Below, in pieces: positions 24,124 through 36,800 of a stretch of DNA of 64,000 nucleotides. Each line of letters starts with the position of its first letter. The stretch's first letter is position 1. Origin of the DNA: Callorhinchus milii (Eukaryota); NCBI RefSeq assembly GCF_018977255.1, contig NW_024704742.1, positions 39,248,001-39,312,000 on the forward strand, in the 5' to 3' direction. The notes beneath the pieces are model-generated. The model saw nothing but the letters and a program-made list of their open reading frames with translations, did not search any database and was not told the origin of the DNA. The translations under genes and the position numbers were made by a program.

Positions 24124-24440
24124 AGTCCTGTAGCTCAGTGGTTAGAGGACTTGCCTTGCAAGCGAGACACCTGGGTTCAATTCCAGGCAGGGCAAAACCA
24201 TGGGCAAGTTTCCTTACTGCAATCGCCCAATAATAATCCCTCCAAAACAATAACAAAAATTGGTCGTTTTCAATCCACGACTGTTTGTGGGACACTGCTG
24301 TGTGCAATTGGCTGCCGCGTTTCACCCACAAATATACGGTCAATTCACTTTACAGTCTATTCTGTAAAGCACTTTGAGACGTTGAGAAGGTGTGAAAAGC
24401 ACGAGATATCAAATGCAAGGATTATTATTATATTATTATT
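24124..24440 (+). mobile_element. Full-length tRNA/Deu-SINE
   Basis: Same structure as 23610-23930. Confidence 0.9.
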
Positions 24441-24458
24441 AAAATTAAAACATCAGGA

Positions 24459-24464
24459 TTTATT
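24459..24464 (-). terminator. Candidate poly(A) signal for CLNK
   Basis: TTTATT on + (AATAAA on -), ~280 nt past the stop. Confidence 0.45.
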
Positions 24465-24740
24465 GAATCTCACAAGTCTACAATTGTAGGAGAAATACAG
24501 AATCATATTTTCTATTTCAATACAATACTCTTCAATTATATTTTCTGGGTTATCTTGCTTTTTCTAAATAATAACTAACTGTATCATTATGTCTGCCTGA
24601 ACAATTTCAAATTTGTATGTTATAAAACAGGATAAACTGATGAATGTATTTTGAGCATGTATATATTTACATGAAAATAAATTATAGCACTTTAAATATT
24701 TAATATATACATATATAAGGAAAGCAAGTATACAATATTG

Positions 24741-24869
24741 TCAATATGGTCCCACTGGAGAAGTCAAGATGCAATGCTCCATTTGGATTCCAGTTTGATC
24801 TCTTCGATCGATCAATCGCAAGGGAATATTTCTATGGAATTGTATCATTTCAGACACTGAATCAAATAT
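24741..24869 (-). CDS. CLNK: CLNK last coding exon (SH2 C-terminus)
   Basis: tttctctacag|[42 protein letters not shown]. Confidence 0.9.
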   Translation of the reverse strand: MFDSVSEMIQFHRNIPLRLIDRRDQTGIQMEHCILTSPVGPY

Positions 24870-27800
24870 CTGTAGAGAAAGAAAAATGAGAGTGTTTCAC
24901 TATCTAATTCTAAACATATATACAAACTTGAAAAAGTATGTAATTTCTCGAACACAGTGACAATTTTCTCTTAAGTTGAAGTCTTATGACTTTGGAAACA
25001 GTGAGACCTGTTAAAAAGCAAGAATTATTTATCCATACACTCTTCTTGGTATCAATGTATATTGTTCTGAGCCAAAAAGTACTGCAATGTTTTAGAGTTT
25101 ATTTTTTTCTAAGTTTTGTTGTTTTATAATCTAATATGTAGATCTGACTTATTATTGAGTTCAGGTATAAACTAACTTTTAGATTAACTTATGCCCAGCA
25201 TTGGTTAATGATCATGATTATACATATTATACTGCCTATATAATTATCTGTTAATTTAAGTCAATTTCTTTTTCTGATGATTAATAATAATCCTTGCATT
25301 TGATAAAGCATGTCTTAACATATCTTCGAGGCATCTCAAAGTGCTTAACAGAAAATACTGTAAAGTGAATTGACTGAATATTTTGTCGGTGAAACGTGGT
25401 AGCCAATTGTGCATAGCAGTGTCCCACAAACTTCATGGATTGAGTGACCAAGGTTCCTACTTACTGTTAGGTAAACAGAGGCGTATGGAGTAAAAAAATT
25501 TGTCTAACATTTCACCCTATCTGGGAATCGAACCCAGGTTCTCTCGCTTGCGAGGTGACTGCTCTAACCAATGCGTTACAGGACTCCACAGACTCCAGTA
25601 AACCAAGTTGCACTTTTATCGTAGAGGATAAAAGTACAACTCGTTTTACTGTTTTGTTTAATTATGATAAAATTCCCATATGCTGATGTCAACTTTTGGT
25701 AGTCTAAACAGAAGTTTCCCTTTGCAAATTGTAAAAAAAAATCCAATCTGGTTTCAAACAAGTTCCACATGAGAGCATTGGTGCTTTTGTCCTGGGCCCA
25801 TGTTGCCTTTTTACATCTACAATTAACTAAAAACTGAAAACTGCTGCAGACAAATTTATTAGCAGTTCCATTGGCATCATAGTCTCCAGAACGGCTTGCA
25901 AATCAGAGAACTAACAGGCAATGTGTAATGGCACTGTTGCCTTGGCAACATTCTCAGCTGTTTTATTCCAGACACACGCCATCTGAATACAGGCTCTTCA
26001 GAATTACTTGAAAGCAAAAGGATCTGAATTTTCATCCTGTGATCTGACTGCTGGTTAAGGACATTCATGAATAGAAGCTCTATTAAGTTTGAATTCATAC
26101 TAAATTTAGCCTCTCCAAAATGTAATTGGAATTTTAGAAAAATAGCAGGTGTACAAATATTTAGTTCTTTTAAAAGGCAATTTCAACAGGATGAAACAAG
26201 GCTTGCACAGTTACATTAATAGTGTAATTAATTCTTACTTATTATCAACACACTGAGAGAAATTTAGAACCATTTTAAAAAACACAAGGAAAGCATTATT
26301 CAAAATAACATTTTATCTGAACTTCTATCTCTGAGGGAAGTAGAACAATAGTATATACTTTGCTCCAGGGGATAGTGGCTGTGAGTTAAAAGGTGATTTA
26401 CACCAAACCACTCCTGTTCAATATATAGTAATAATATAACCTGATATAATCCAAGCTAAGCTATAAGAATATATGGGAGCAGCAAGCAAACAAGCTTGTA
26501 TTTGAATGATATGAATAGAAAAGAAGGTCCATCTCTAAGTGTGGAGTCCTGTAGGTCAGTGGTTAGAACAATCACCTCGGAAGTGAGAGGACCTGGTTCG
26601 GTTCCTGGCAGGGCGAAAAGTTGGGCAAGTTTCCTTACTCCACACTCCTCTGTTTACCCAGCAGTAAGTAGGAACCCAGTTGTTAGTCGATTGGCGGATT
26701 GCTTTCCTGAGGATAATAATAATAATAATAATCCTTGCATTTTGATATAGTGCTTTTCACATCTTCTAGACTTCTCAACATTTTTCACAGAATATACTAT
26801 AAAGTGAATTGACCGCATATTTATGGGCGGAACACAGCAGCCAATTGCGCACAGCAGTGTCCCACAAACAGTCGTGGATTGAAGTGACCAATTTATTATT
26901 TTTGAGAGAATTAACATCAGGTGTATGGAATAAGGAAACTTGCCCAAGGTTTCCCCCTGCTGGGAATTGAAACCAGGTCTCTCGCTTGCAAGTCGAGTGC
27001 TCTAACCACTGAGCTACGGACTCCACCACAGGGATAATAATCCCTCAAAAAAAAATTTGGCCAGTCAATCCACAACTGTTTGCGGGACAGTGCTGTGTGT
27101 AATTGACTGCCGCGTTTCGTCCACAAATATACAGTCAATTCACTTTACAGTATATTCTGTGAAGCGCTTTGAGACATCTAGAAGACGTGAAAAGGCGCTG
27201 TATCAAATGCAAAGATTATTATTATAAAGGACATTGTAGCCTAGTAACACCTTGTTATATTGCAACTTTAGCACCAAATTCCTCCTGATAGGGAAATGTT
27301 ACACTGTAAGTCGGCAGCTGCAGCTCCAGTGAGATCATCATTGAGGTGTTGGGAGTAATGGAGTAATAGTGCAATGCCAATTCTAATAATAATTTCAGTA
27401 GTGCCATGGGATCTTTAACATCAAACTGAACAGGCGGAAAGGATCTTAGTTTAACAATTCATGTGAAGAACAGCAATTTTGACAATACAGCTCACCATCT
27501 AGCACTGCATTGGAGTATTAGCCAGAACTGTGAGTTCAAATTCACGATCTAGAACTTGAAACCACAACTTTTTAAACTTAGAGGCAACAGTGCTACCGAC
27601 TGAGCCAGGCTGATGGCACCCAAGTGTTGTTAAGCATTAGAATTTGATTTTTGTGAGCTTTGCATGTGGTAAGTATCCCAACTATAAAAAGTGCAAACAG
27701 AACACACATTTGATATTACAAATGCAGACTCAGTTGATAATGAAGACTTATTTACAATGAACAAATTATTGTATTCTCCAAAAGATGGAAGGAAAGGAAT

Positions 27801-30800
27801 TGAGGAAACTTACGTCATGTCCTCTGAGTCCAGTTCCCAAAGCATACTGTTTACTGTCCCCAAAGTATCGAATTTGAATGTTGTAAACTTTACTTCCATA
27901 ATATACAACCAATACGTATGGCTGATCTGGGGATTTTTTGGAACTGTCTCTGACCAAGAATGAACCATCCTAATTCAAGGAAAAGTGAGCGAATTCAACA
28001 GTTAATAATAGATTACATACAGAACTCTGCAACCCGTGTCTTCTCCCACACCAGGCTTTGTGACGCTATCACCCCCATCCTGACCCAACTCCACTGGCTT
28101 CCCATCACACAGATGATACAGTTCAAGATCCTGGTCCTCACCTTCAAAGCCCTCCATGGCCTTGCTCCCCACTACCTCCTAACCCCCTACTAACCTGCCC
28201 ACTTCCTCCGCTCAGCGGGCTCCGGCCTGCTTCACAACCTGATATAATAATAATAATAATAATTATTATAATCCTTGCATTTGATATAGCGCTTTACACG
28301 TCTTCTGGACGTCTCAAAGCGCTTTACAGAATATACTGTAAAGTGAATTGACCGTATATTTGTGGGCGAAACACAGCAGTCAATTGCGCACAGCAGTGTC
28401 CCACAAACAGTCGTGGATTGAGAATGATCAAGTTATTATTGTTTTGTTTTAGAGGTATCAGATATCTGACACAATTAAGATCACTGGCCTTTGAGATTTA
28501 CCCATAAATACAATTGCATGCCAAGGTAGCAGAACAGGTGGACACAGGTTCAGGGCTACAAAGTGCAATTTCAGGGAAGGCTTGATTCTGGTGGGGGTGG
28601 GTGTTGGTATTCTGGAAGGTTAAGACCAAATAGGCTTTTGAGTCTTTTTTATCCTAACCTGTAAGGTACTAGAGGGAAACCAATGCCTGTAGAACTGTAC
28701 CTTATCATACATCAGGACTTTGAGGAAGGGAGACAACTTTTAGGCAAAAAAATTACAACGTGGTGTAACTTGAAATTATTTTTACTGAAACATACCAGTT
28801 AGTACTACTGTAGAATGAATAAAGTAACATGATTGCAAAACAACATGTGCAATAAGCATAAAAACTTTATAAGCCTTTTAAAAATGTCTTGAGATTTCAT
28901 AGATTTTATTCATAAGCAGATACTTTATGTAAAATTATTTATTATGCATATTTGAATATTCAAGGTTTGGAGCATAACTGGTTACCTTATTGGTTTCTGT
29001 TAAAGCTCTTTCTGCTTCATAACGGTCATAGGAGCTAACATACCAATCGTTTCCTTCTAAATCCTGAAATATATTCATAATGGAAATGAATTTCTATTCA
29101 CATGCAAAATGAGAAATACTTTGAATAATCAGGCAATACAATTCAACATTTTGCTCTGTCCTCCCACTCACCAGAGACATGCATTGTGTGGACTAGGAAA
29201 GTATCTACTTACTTTTATCATCTCACCATCTTGCCTACAAAGCCTCCCAGTGGAAAGAAACATTTCTAACACCCCATTAAAACTCATAAATTGAGGTTGG
29301 ATTCATCCCAACTTTGATCTCAAATTTGCCACTACACATCAACTAAATTAAATGCTTGAAATTGACAGAGCCACTTCAGGTGTTAATTTCTATCAGTGCC
29401 AATTTGGAGATTCATGAATAAACTAATGGTGGACTTTGGACTCCGTTTCATTTTAATGATCAGTCTGTTCCTCAAATCATTCCTCTAAATTATCCTGCAA
29501 AACTGGCAATCTCCACTGTATGACACTAACCATCATTTTTTGTCATTGTCAAAGTAAAATACCTGTACATTTGTGGATACACAATTACAGCAATAAACTA
29601 TTACCATGCTTAAGAGTATCCAAACCATACTAAGAGTTCTACATACTGATGCCACTTACTCATGCAAATTTTGGTGAAACTGTAGTTAATGTGAATGCTG
29701 AACTTTCAACCCCAAGTCTTAGGTTTGGATCTCATTTCAAGAAATGGAGTTAATCATTTACCTTTGCAGAAAGTTTGGAAAAATGTTCAGCATTCTGTAC
29801 ACGAGGACTGGACTGCATTTCTGGTCTCCTGGGCATGTCTTGTGATGGCTTCACTGGAGATCATGAAAAATCCAAGGTACGTTAGTGATGTAAAACAAAC
29901 AGAATTAATATAACCCAAAGTAACTATGATGATTTTTAGTAGTAAGTTTATTTATAATTATAATTTGATAATGAAAAGATTCTGCAAAAACACTTTTATA
30001 ATTGTTTACGTTTAGGTAACGGAAATGGAACACAAACATTGATCTAGTAGATTTTAATATGTTAATATATTACATTAGATTATTAGAAGATGTTAATATA
30101 TTACAATATTTATTGCAAATATAAGTTAGACTATATATAGGTAAAAAATATGTTATACCTGGTATCTGTGATATTCTGTTAGAAGTGCTAGCATAAAAAC
30201 AAACATTGTTACAATCAGAAAAACATAAAGGAAACTTACAGCAGTATCATTTTAATGATTCGCATTTGTGTCCATTTTGAATTCTATTACTGCATGAAAA
30301 TTGTACAGCCTATTGTAATTCCTGCTCTGTGTCAATCTGAGGAATTCCCCATCTTAAAGATTTAGCAAAAAATATTTATTTTTAGGAGCTGAGTGGAAAG
30401 AATCTCTTCCCTCAGTAACTGCTTACCCAAGTCCAACAGATGTGTCAGACTGGTAGGTCCATCTTCATCAGTGCCCTGCAGTAGTGCAGACTCGCCTGGC
30501 ACACACATCAGACTACAAGACTGCCACAGAAGATTAACTCAGTTCTGATATTCCATATCAAGCATGTCACCTGGGACCCAGTTCAGCTCCAATGAGACCC
30601 CACTTATCTCTCCCAATGAGGATAATGCTTCTATTTTAAGTCTGAGGCCTTGGAAGTCTATTTTAAGATCATCCACCTGCCCCTCAGATACAATTGATGT
30701 GTGGCCCTGTGATACCAAGACAAGCTGGAAGAATCTTGTCTAATAAAACATACAGCCTCTATTTTTGGTATGGTGCATCACTGAGTTGAATGAATTTGTA

Positions 30801-33800
30801 CTAAATTCAATTTCCAGACAACTTTAAACATAAGTGTGTGCACATACACACACACACACACACACACATTTGTGATGTTTTTGTTGCAAAATGGCCAACA
30901 GCATTTGAGATGAAACGCTAGCTGTCTCCAACACTTTTAAAATGAACTTTCAGCTATTTATTTTAAGAAAGTTAACACCTTGTAGAATCTTACTTTCCAA
31001 AGTCTGTAATATCTTTTCTAAATAATCTTTTACACCACAAACAACTTGCATTTATATAGCTCACATTTGGGTAGGGTCTTGAGAGTGCTTTTAGCTTAAA
31101 TAACTAACACAGTGTTTATATGCACTTGGGATGTGCTCCCGACACGAAAGGCGCTATACAAATATAATCTTGTTGTTGTTGTTGAAGATGGCTTGAGAAG
31201 CATGGATCTTGATGGAAAATGACTGACTAAAGATTTTATTCTTTATTTTTAGTTGTACCTTGCTGACTGAGGGATCGGAGGTTTAGGTCGAAATGACAGT
31301 GGAAGCTGATCTCTGCTTGGTGAGTGCAAGTCTCTGCTCAGGAGGGGCGGGTCTCTGCTCAGGAGGGGCAGGTCTCTGCTCAGGATGGGTGGGCCTCTGC
31401 TTGGTATGGGTTGGCCTCTGCTTGGTATTGGCGGGTCTCTGTTCATGGGGGACAGGTCTCTGCTTGATGTGAGCTGGCCTTTACTTGGTGTGAGCTGGGC
31501 TCTGCTTGGTGTGGGCAGGTCTCTGCTTGGTGTGGGCGGGTCTCTTTTCGACAGGGGCGGGTCTCTGTTCAGTAGGGGCAGGTCTCTGTTCAGTAGGGGC
31601 GGGTCTCTGATCAGTAGGGGCGGGTCTCTGATCAGTAGGGGCGGGTCTCTTTTCAGTAGGGGCGGGTCTCTGTTCAGTAGGGGCGGGTCCCTGTTCAATA
31701 GGGGCGGGTCTCTGTTCAATAGGGGCGGGTCTCTGTTTATAAGGGGCGGGTCTCTGTTTAGTAGGGGCGGGTCTCTGTTCAGTAGGGGCGGGTTTCTGTT
31801 CAGTAGGGGCGGGTCTCTGTTCAGTAGGGGCGGGTCTCTGTTCAATAGGGGCGGGTCTCTGTTCAATAGGGGCGGGTCTCTGTTCAATAGGGGCGGGTCT
31901 CTGTTTATAAGGGGCGGGTCTCTGTTCAGTAGGGGCGGGTCTCTGTTCAGTAGGGGCGGGTCTCTGTTCAGTAGGGGCGGGTCTCTGTTCAGTAGGGGCG
32001 GGTCTCTGTTCAGTAGGGGCGGGTCTCTGTTCAGTAGGGGCGGGTCTCTGTTCAGTAGGGGCGGGTCTCTGTTCAGTAGGGGCGGGTCTCTGTTCAGTAG
32101 GGGCGGGTCTCTGTTCAGTAGGGGCGGGTTTCTGTTCAGTAGGGGCGGGTCTCTGTTCAGTAGGGGCGGGTCTCTGTTCAGTAGGGGCGGGTCTCTCTTC
32201 AGTAGGGGCGGGTCTCTGTTCGGTAGGGGCGGGTCTCTGTTCGGTAGCGGCGGGTCTCTGTTCGGTAGCGGCGGGTCTCTGTTCGGTAGGGGCGGGTCTC
32301 TGTTCGGTAGCGGCGGGTCTCTGCTCGGTAGCGGCGGGTCTCTGTATGGTGGGGGCGGATTCCTGGTTGGTGGATGAAGGTCTTTGGTTGGTGAAGGAAT
32401 GTCAGGCTGACATCTAAAATGAATGCCTAAATGAAAAAATCAAAATGAATACTTTTATGAATATAATATTTACAATGCTGTATAGCCATTTCTATTTAGT
32501 GTTCAATAATTTTCAGTAAATATGGACCGTGAAGTAAAGCATAAATACATTCATCTATTATTGTTTGCTTAATTTAAAAAAAAATCTGCTCTGAAGCTCC
32601 CCAATCCTGGTTGGCAATCTCCGGCTGAGACGATGGACAATGTACTGCTCCCAGTCCTCTGTCGCCTTTCACATTAGGAGGTGGTTATCTTTCCCCTCCC
32701 CACATTCCTCAAGTCCCACCCCTCAGCTTGGGTACCCAGCCAGTGCTTTGGGAGGTCCTCCCAATGTGAGAGGGCAATATTAATAATATAATATTCCTTG
32801 CATTTGATATAGCACTTTTCACGTCTTCTGGACATCTCAAAGCCCTTCACAGAATATACTGTAAAGTGAATTGACCGTATATTTGTGGACAAAACGCGGC
32901 AGCCAATTGCGCACAGCAGTGTCCCACAAACAGTCGTAGATTGAAAGTGACCAATTTATTACTGTTTTGATTTGGAGGGATTATTATTAGGCATGTGGAG
33001 TAAGGAAACTTGCCCAAGGTTTCACCCTGCCTGGAATTGAATCCAGGTGTCTCGTTTGCAAAGCGAATGCTCTAACCACTGAGATACAGGACGCCAATTA
33101 AATAATAATACAAAACACAAATTTGTCATATGTGGAATCACAGCAGTAACTTTATCCTAGCACCCATGCCATTAACATATTGCACCACCAGAACACATCT
33201 GCATTTACTCTTGCTCCCTCCCATTCACTAACATCAATTTTGGTCTCTTTTGGTGAATTCTCTTGGAATCCACCAGGTGGAGTAATTTACAACAGTTTCT
33301 CTGTGTCGGATAGAATTCATTAAAACAAAGAATATTTTTTGCCATTTATATTAAATATGGTGAACAAAGGAATATTTTTAATCCCTCTGTGTTCTACGGA
33401 CGGCATGGAAGTTCAGCTTCCTTTCCGAACATTTCAAAAATACTTGGTAATTTATTCTCAGCTGTCACAGCGCAATACATCTTGTATGTCTGAGGATTAA
33501 CTCTGTATATCTTGGCTATAAAATGGTTTAAATATTATCCCCGTTGTAACAGAGGAAACGACAAGGGAGTAAGGAAAGCTGTAATGGTTATGGAGGAGTA
33601 GGTATGTATTTGTCTGACAGATCAGGTAAGTACAGCATACATGTAAGAAAAAATATTTCCAGACACAAATGTTGAGGGTGTTGTAAGGGCACAGAGGTCC
33701 TGTATCATATACTCACCAGAGTCAGCTATCAACATCATGAATAGTATTTCAACATCACTAATGCCATATTGTACACTGGCTTTATTTGCTGACCAAAATG

Positions 33801-36800
33801 CCCCCCAAATCCAACAATTTATGGATTTTATAAATACATAAACTGCACTTTGCAGTAAATCATGTATAGTGCTTTAAAATGCCCTCCTGACATCGAAATG
33901 TCTGCATCAAGTGAAAGGATTATAATAAAAACTAATACAAAAAAACTTATTCGCAGGCAGAGGACAGGTATTCAGTATCCTCTAGCAACTGAGGCAAATA
34001 AAATCCCATTTTGCAGACCTTCATGTCGCACATTTGGAGCGTCAAAGTTGTATTTCTTTTTATCACATATCAAGGGTAATTAACAACTGGAACTGATTGT
34101 CAGGATGGGTAGTTTAGGCCAAGATCACAAAATTGGTTGGATGAAGAAGGCTCTTCAGCCCACCTAATCTCATTCTTCGAATAGAAAATATAGAGTCAAT
34201 TTATTCTGTGAAATGCTTTGAGACATCTCAACGATGTGATAATGTGCTAAATCAAATGGAAGTATTATTATTATTATTAATACTCAAGTTACCGTTCTCC
34301 CATCACAGTGCTGAGCTACCTTTCAAAATAGTCCTTTTAGAAACTCACTTGAAAGACAGCTTGAGTTTGGTGCTGTAATAGAAATGGTAGGGTGAGTATT
34401 CTGGAAAGATGAGATCAGATGGGCTGAACGTCCAAACCAATCTTGTGATCATGTGAAGTTACAATATATAATTAAATGTTATGAGAGTTACACCCACATA
34501 ATAATGTATATATACAATTTTTTTTAGAAAACAAGCTACAAAATGTAGAAATTTTCCAAATATCAAAGTATTAATCGAGTGTTAAGTGTCCTCTGCAATG
34601 TGCTAGATATGGAGGTATCAGTGTGGCTTAGCTTGCAGTACTCTCATATCTGGGTCAGAAGGCTGTGGGTTCAAGAACCATGTTGGGATTCTGAGCTCAC
34701 AGACTAAACCTACCCTGGGTGCAATGCTGGAGGAGTGCTGCATTGTTAGCAGTGCTGTCCAATCTACAGTCAAACTTTACAATTAACCCTATTCAAAAAG
34801 AAGCGAGTTTCTCCTGTTGTCCTGGCCAAAAATACTCAAAATAAATTGATCTTTCCCTTTCGTGTTTGTGGAACTTCGCCGATCACCAGTTGGCTGCCTT
34901 GTCCACCTACTTATACACTACACTTGATAGCCATTACCTGTGAAGTGTTTTGAAATTATAAACAGTACAAATGCAAAGATTATTATTACTCACCCTTTCT
35001 TGGTATTATCTGTTGAGGAAAAAGAAGCAGTAATAAGGATTGCAAGCATGTTATATACTCTCAAATACCTAAACTAAGTTTCCCCCATAGGATTATTATC
35101 AATTTCATTTTACAGCTGAGGAGGAGGCAGTTAGGCCATTGAACATAGGATGGTGATAGCTTCTTTACCCAAGCTAACTCCTCTCATTCCAATTCTATAC
35201 TCTCTCTTTGTATCATTTTATATTCTTCCTCTTGAAATGTTTATTCAAATTCTTTTAAAATGTTTTCATGGTCACAACTTCAAAGGCACGTGAAGGTAAG
35301 TATTCAGCCTGATTTTATATTTTGTTTAACCAATTTACTAAGCAGCAGGAATAATCTTTCATTATCTATCCTCTCAAGATTTTTTTTCTCTATTAGATCC
35401 TCTCTTAACTTCTCTGTTTCAAGGAACCATCCCAAAATTTGTATCCACATAACTCTAACCTTGGTACGATAGAGGGTATCCAAAACTAGACACAATGCTG
35501 TAACCGGTACAACCAATGTCTTGTGCAAACACTCAAGTGCTTTCATTTAATTTTACTGTGAAGTTGATTAAAACAAAGGTTGAATGTTCCTCGCAAAGTT
35601 CTTTGATTATTTCACAGAAAAAATGTTAGAAAATGAAAGGGTTTAAAAACATTAGATACCTCGTCATTTGTATTCTTCCAAGGAGATCTGAAAGAGAACA
35701 AGAAGGTGAACGATAGCAGTTGTGTGTGGTAAATGTTCATACAGATAGATGATTTATCAAACTATAAGAAAACGTTCTGAATATAGTATCCAATTCAACT
35801 TACACTGTGCCATTGCCACTCTGAGTTGTCACTGGACTTTTTCTAGAGTTCAACAATTTGTTGGGTTCTGAGGGACTTTGGCTACGACTTGGTTCGGGAG
35901 GAAGTGGCTTGAAATCCTTGGGTAAATGCTTAGGAGGCCTAGATATACATATACATAAAAAATCATTAAATTCAGCTTTCATAACAGGTTTCTTAACCAG
36001 AACCTGGTTTGGTGGATACCTTTCTCAGGCGTAATAATTCCATCAAAAATAATAAATTGGTCCCTCAAGAAAAAAAAACAATAATAAAATTGGTCACTTC
36101 AATCCACGACTGTTTGTGGGACACTGCTTTGTGCAATTGGCTGCCGGGTTTCGCCCACAAAATATACAGTCAATTCACTTTACAGTATATTCTGTGAAGT
36201 ATTTTGAGATGTCTCGAAGATGTGATAAGGCGCTATATCAAATGCAAAGCTTATTATATTATTATGAATATATCAGAGTGGGTGGGGAATTTTAAAAATG
36301 GACAAGCAAAAGCAGAGGAAATTTATTAGAAGATACAAGGAAAGAACAGGGAATTAAGAGTATGATGGACTGCTTGTATGAGAGCCAAACACTGACAGAA
36401 AATATTGGGCTGAATGGCCTCCTATTGGCATTCATTTCTATGGTTTTATATGATGTTTCATAACAGATTCAGTAATTCTTGAAATTGTTTTTTTCCCACA
36501 CAAAGGGCTGTGGAAACATGGAAGTTACTACTTCAAAACATTGTAGATGTTGGTTCAATTAAAGTATTTAAGAGGGAGGGAGATGGATATCTGGTGGGTG
36601 AAGGGATCAATGAATATAGTGAAAGGCTAGGGAAATTATATTAAGTTTCAGATCAGTCACGACCCAATAAAATGTGAAACAAGTTCGCCGGGCTGAATAG
36701 TCTACTGTTTTCTAATGTTATTTTTAGCAGCCAATTTGCACCCAGCAATATTCCACAAACAGTCATGAAGCAATTTTATCTGGGGGATTGTTGGATACCA

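Noticed and set aside
31300..32370. CRISPR-like array
   Set aside because: No unique spacers; eukaryotic minisatellite.
31385..32377. 330-aa + strand ORF (SRGGSLF)n as a gene
   Set aside because: Antisense shadow of the CLNK VNTR; the - frame has splice sites and phase continuity.
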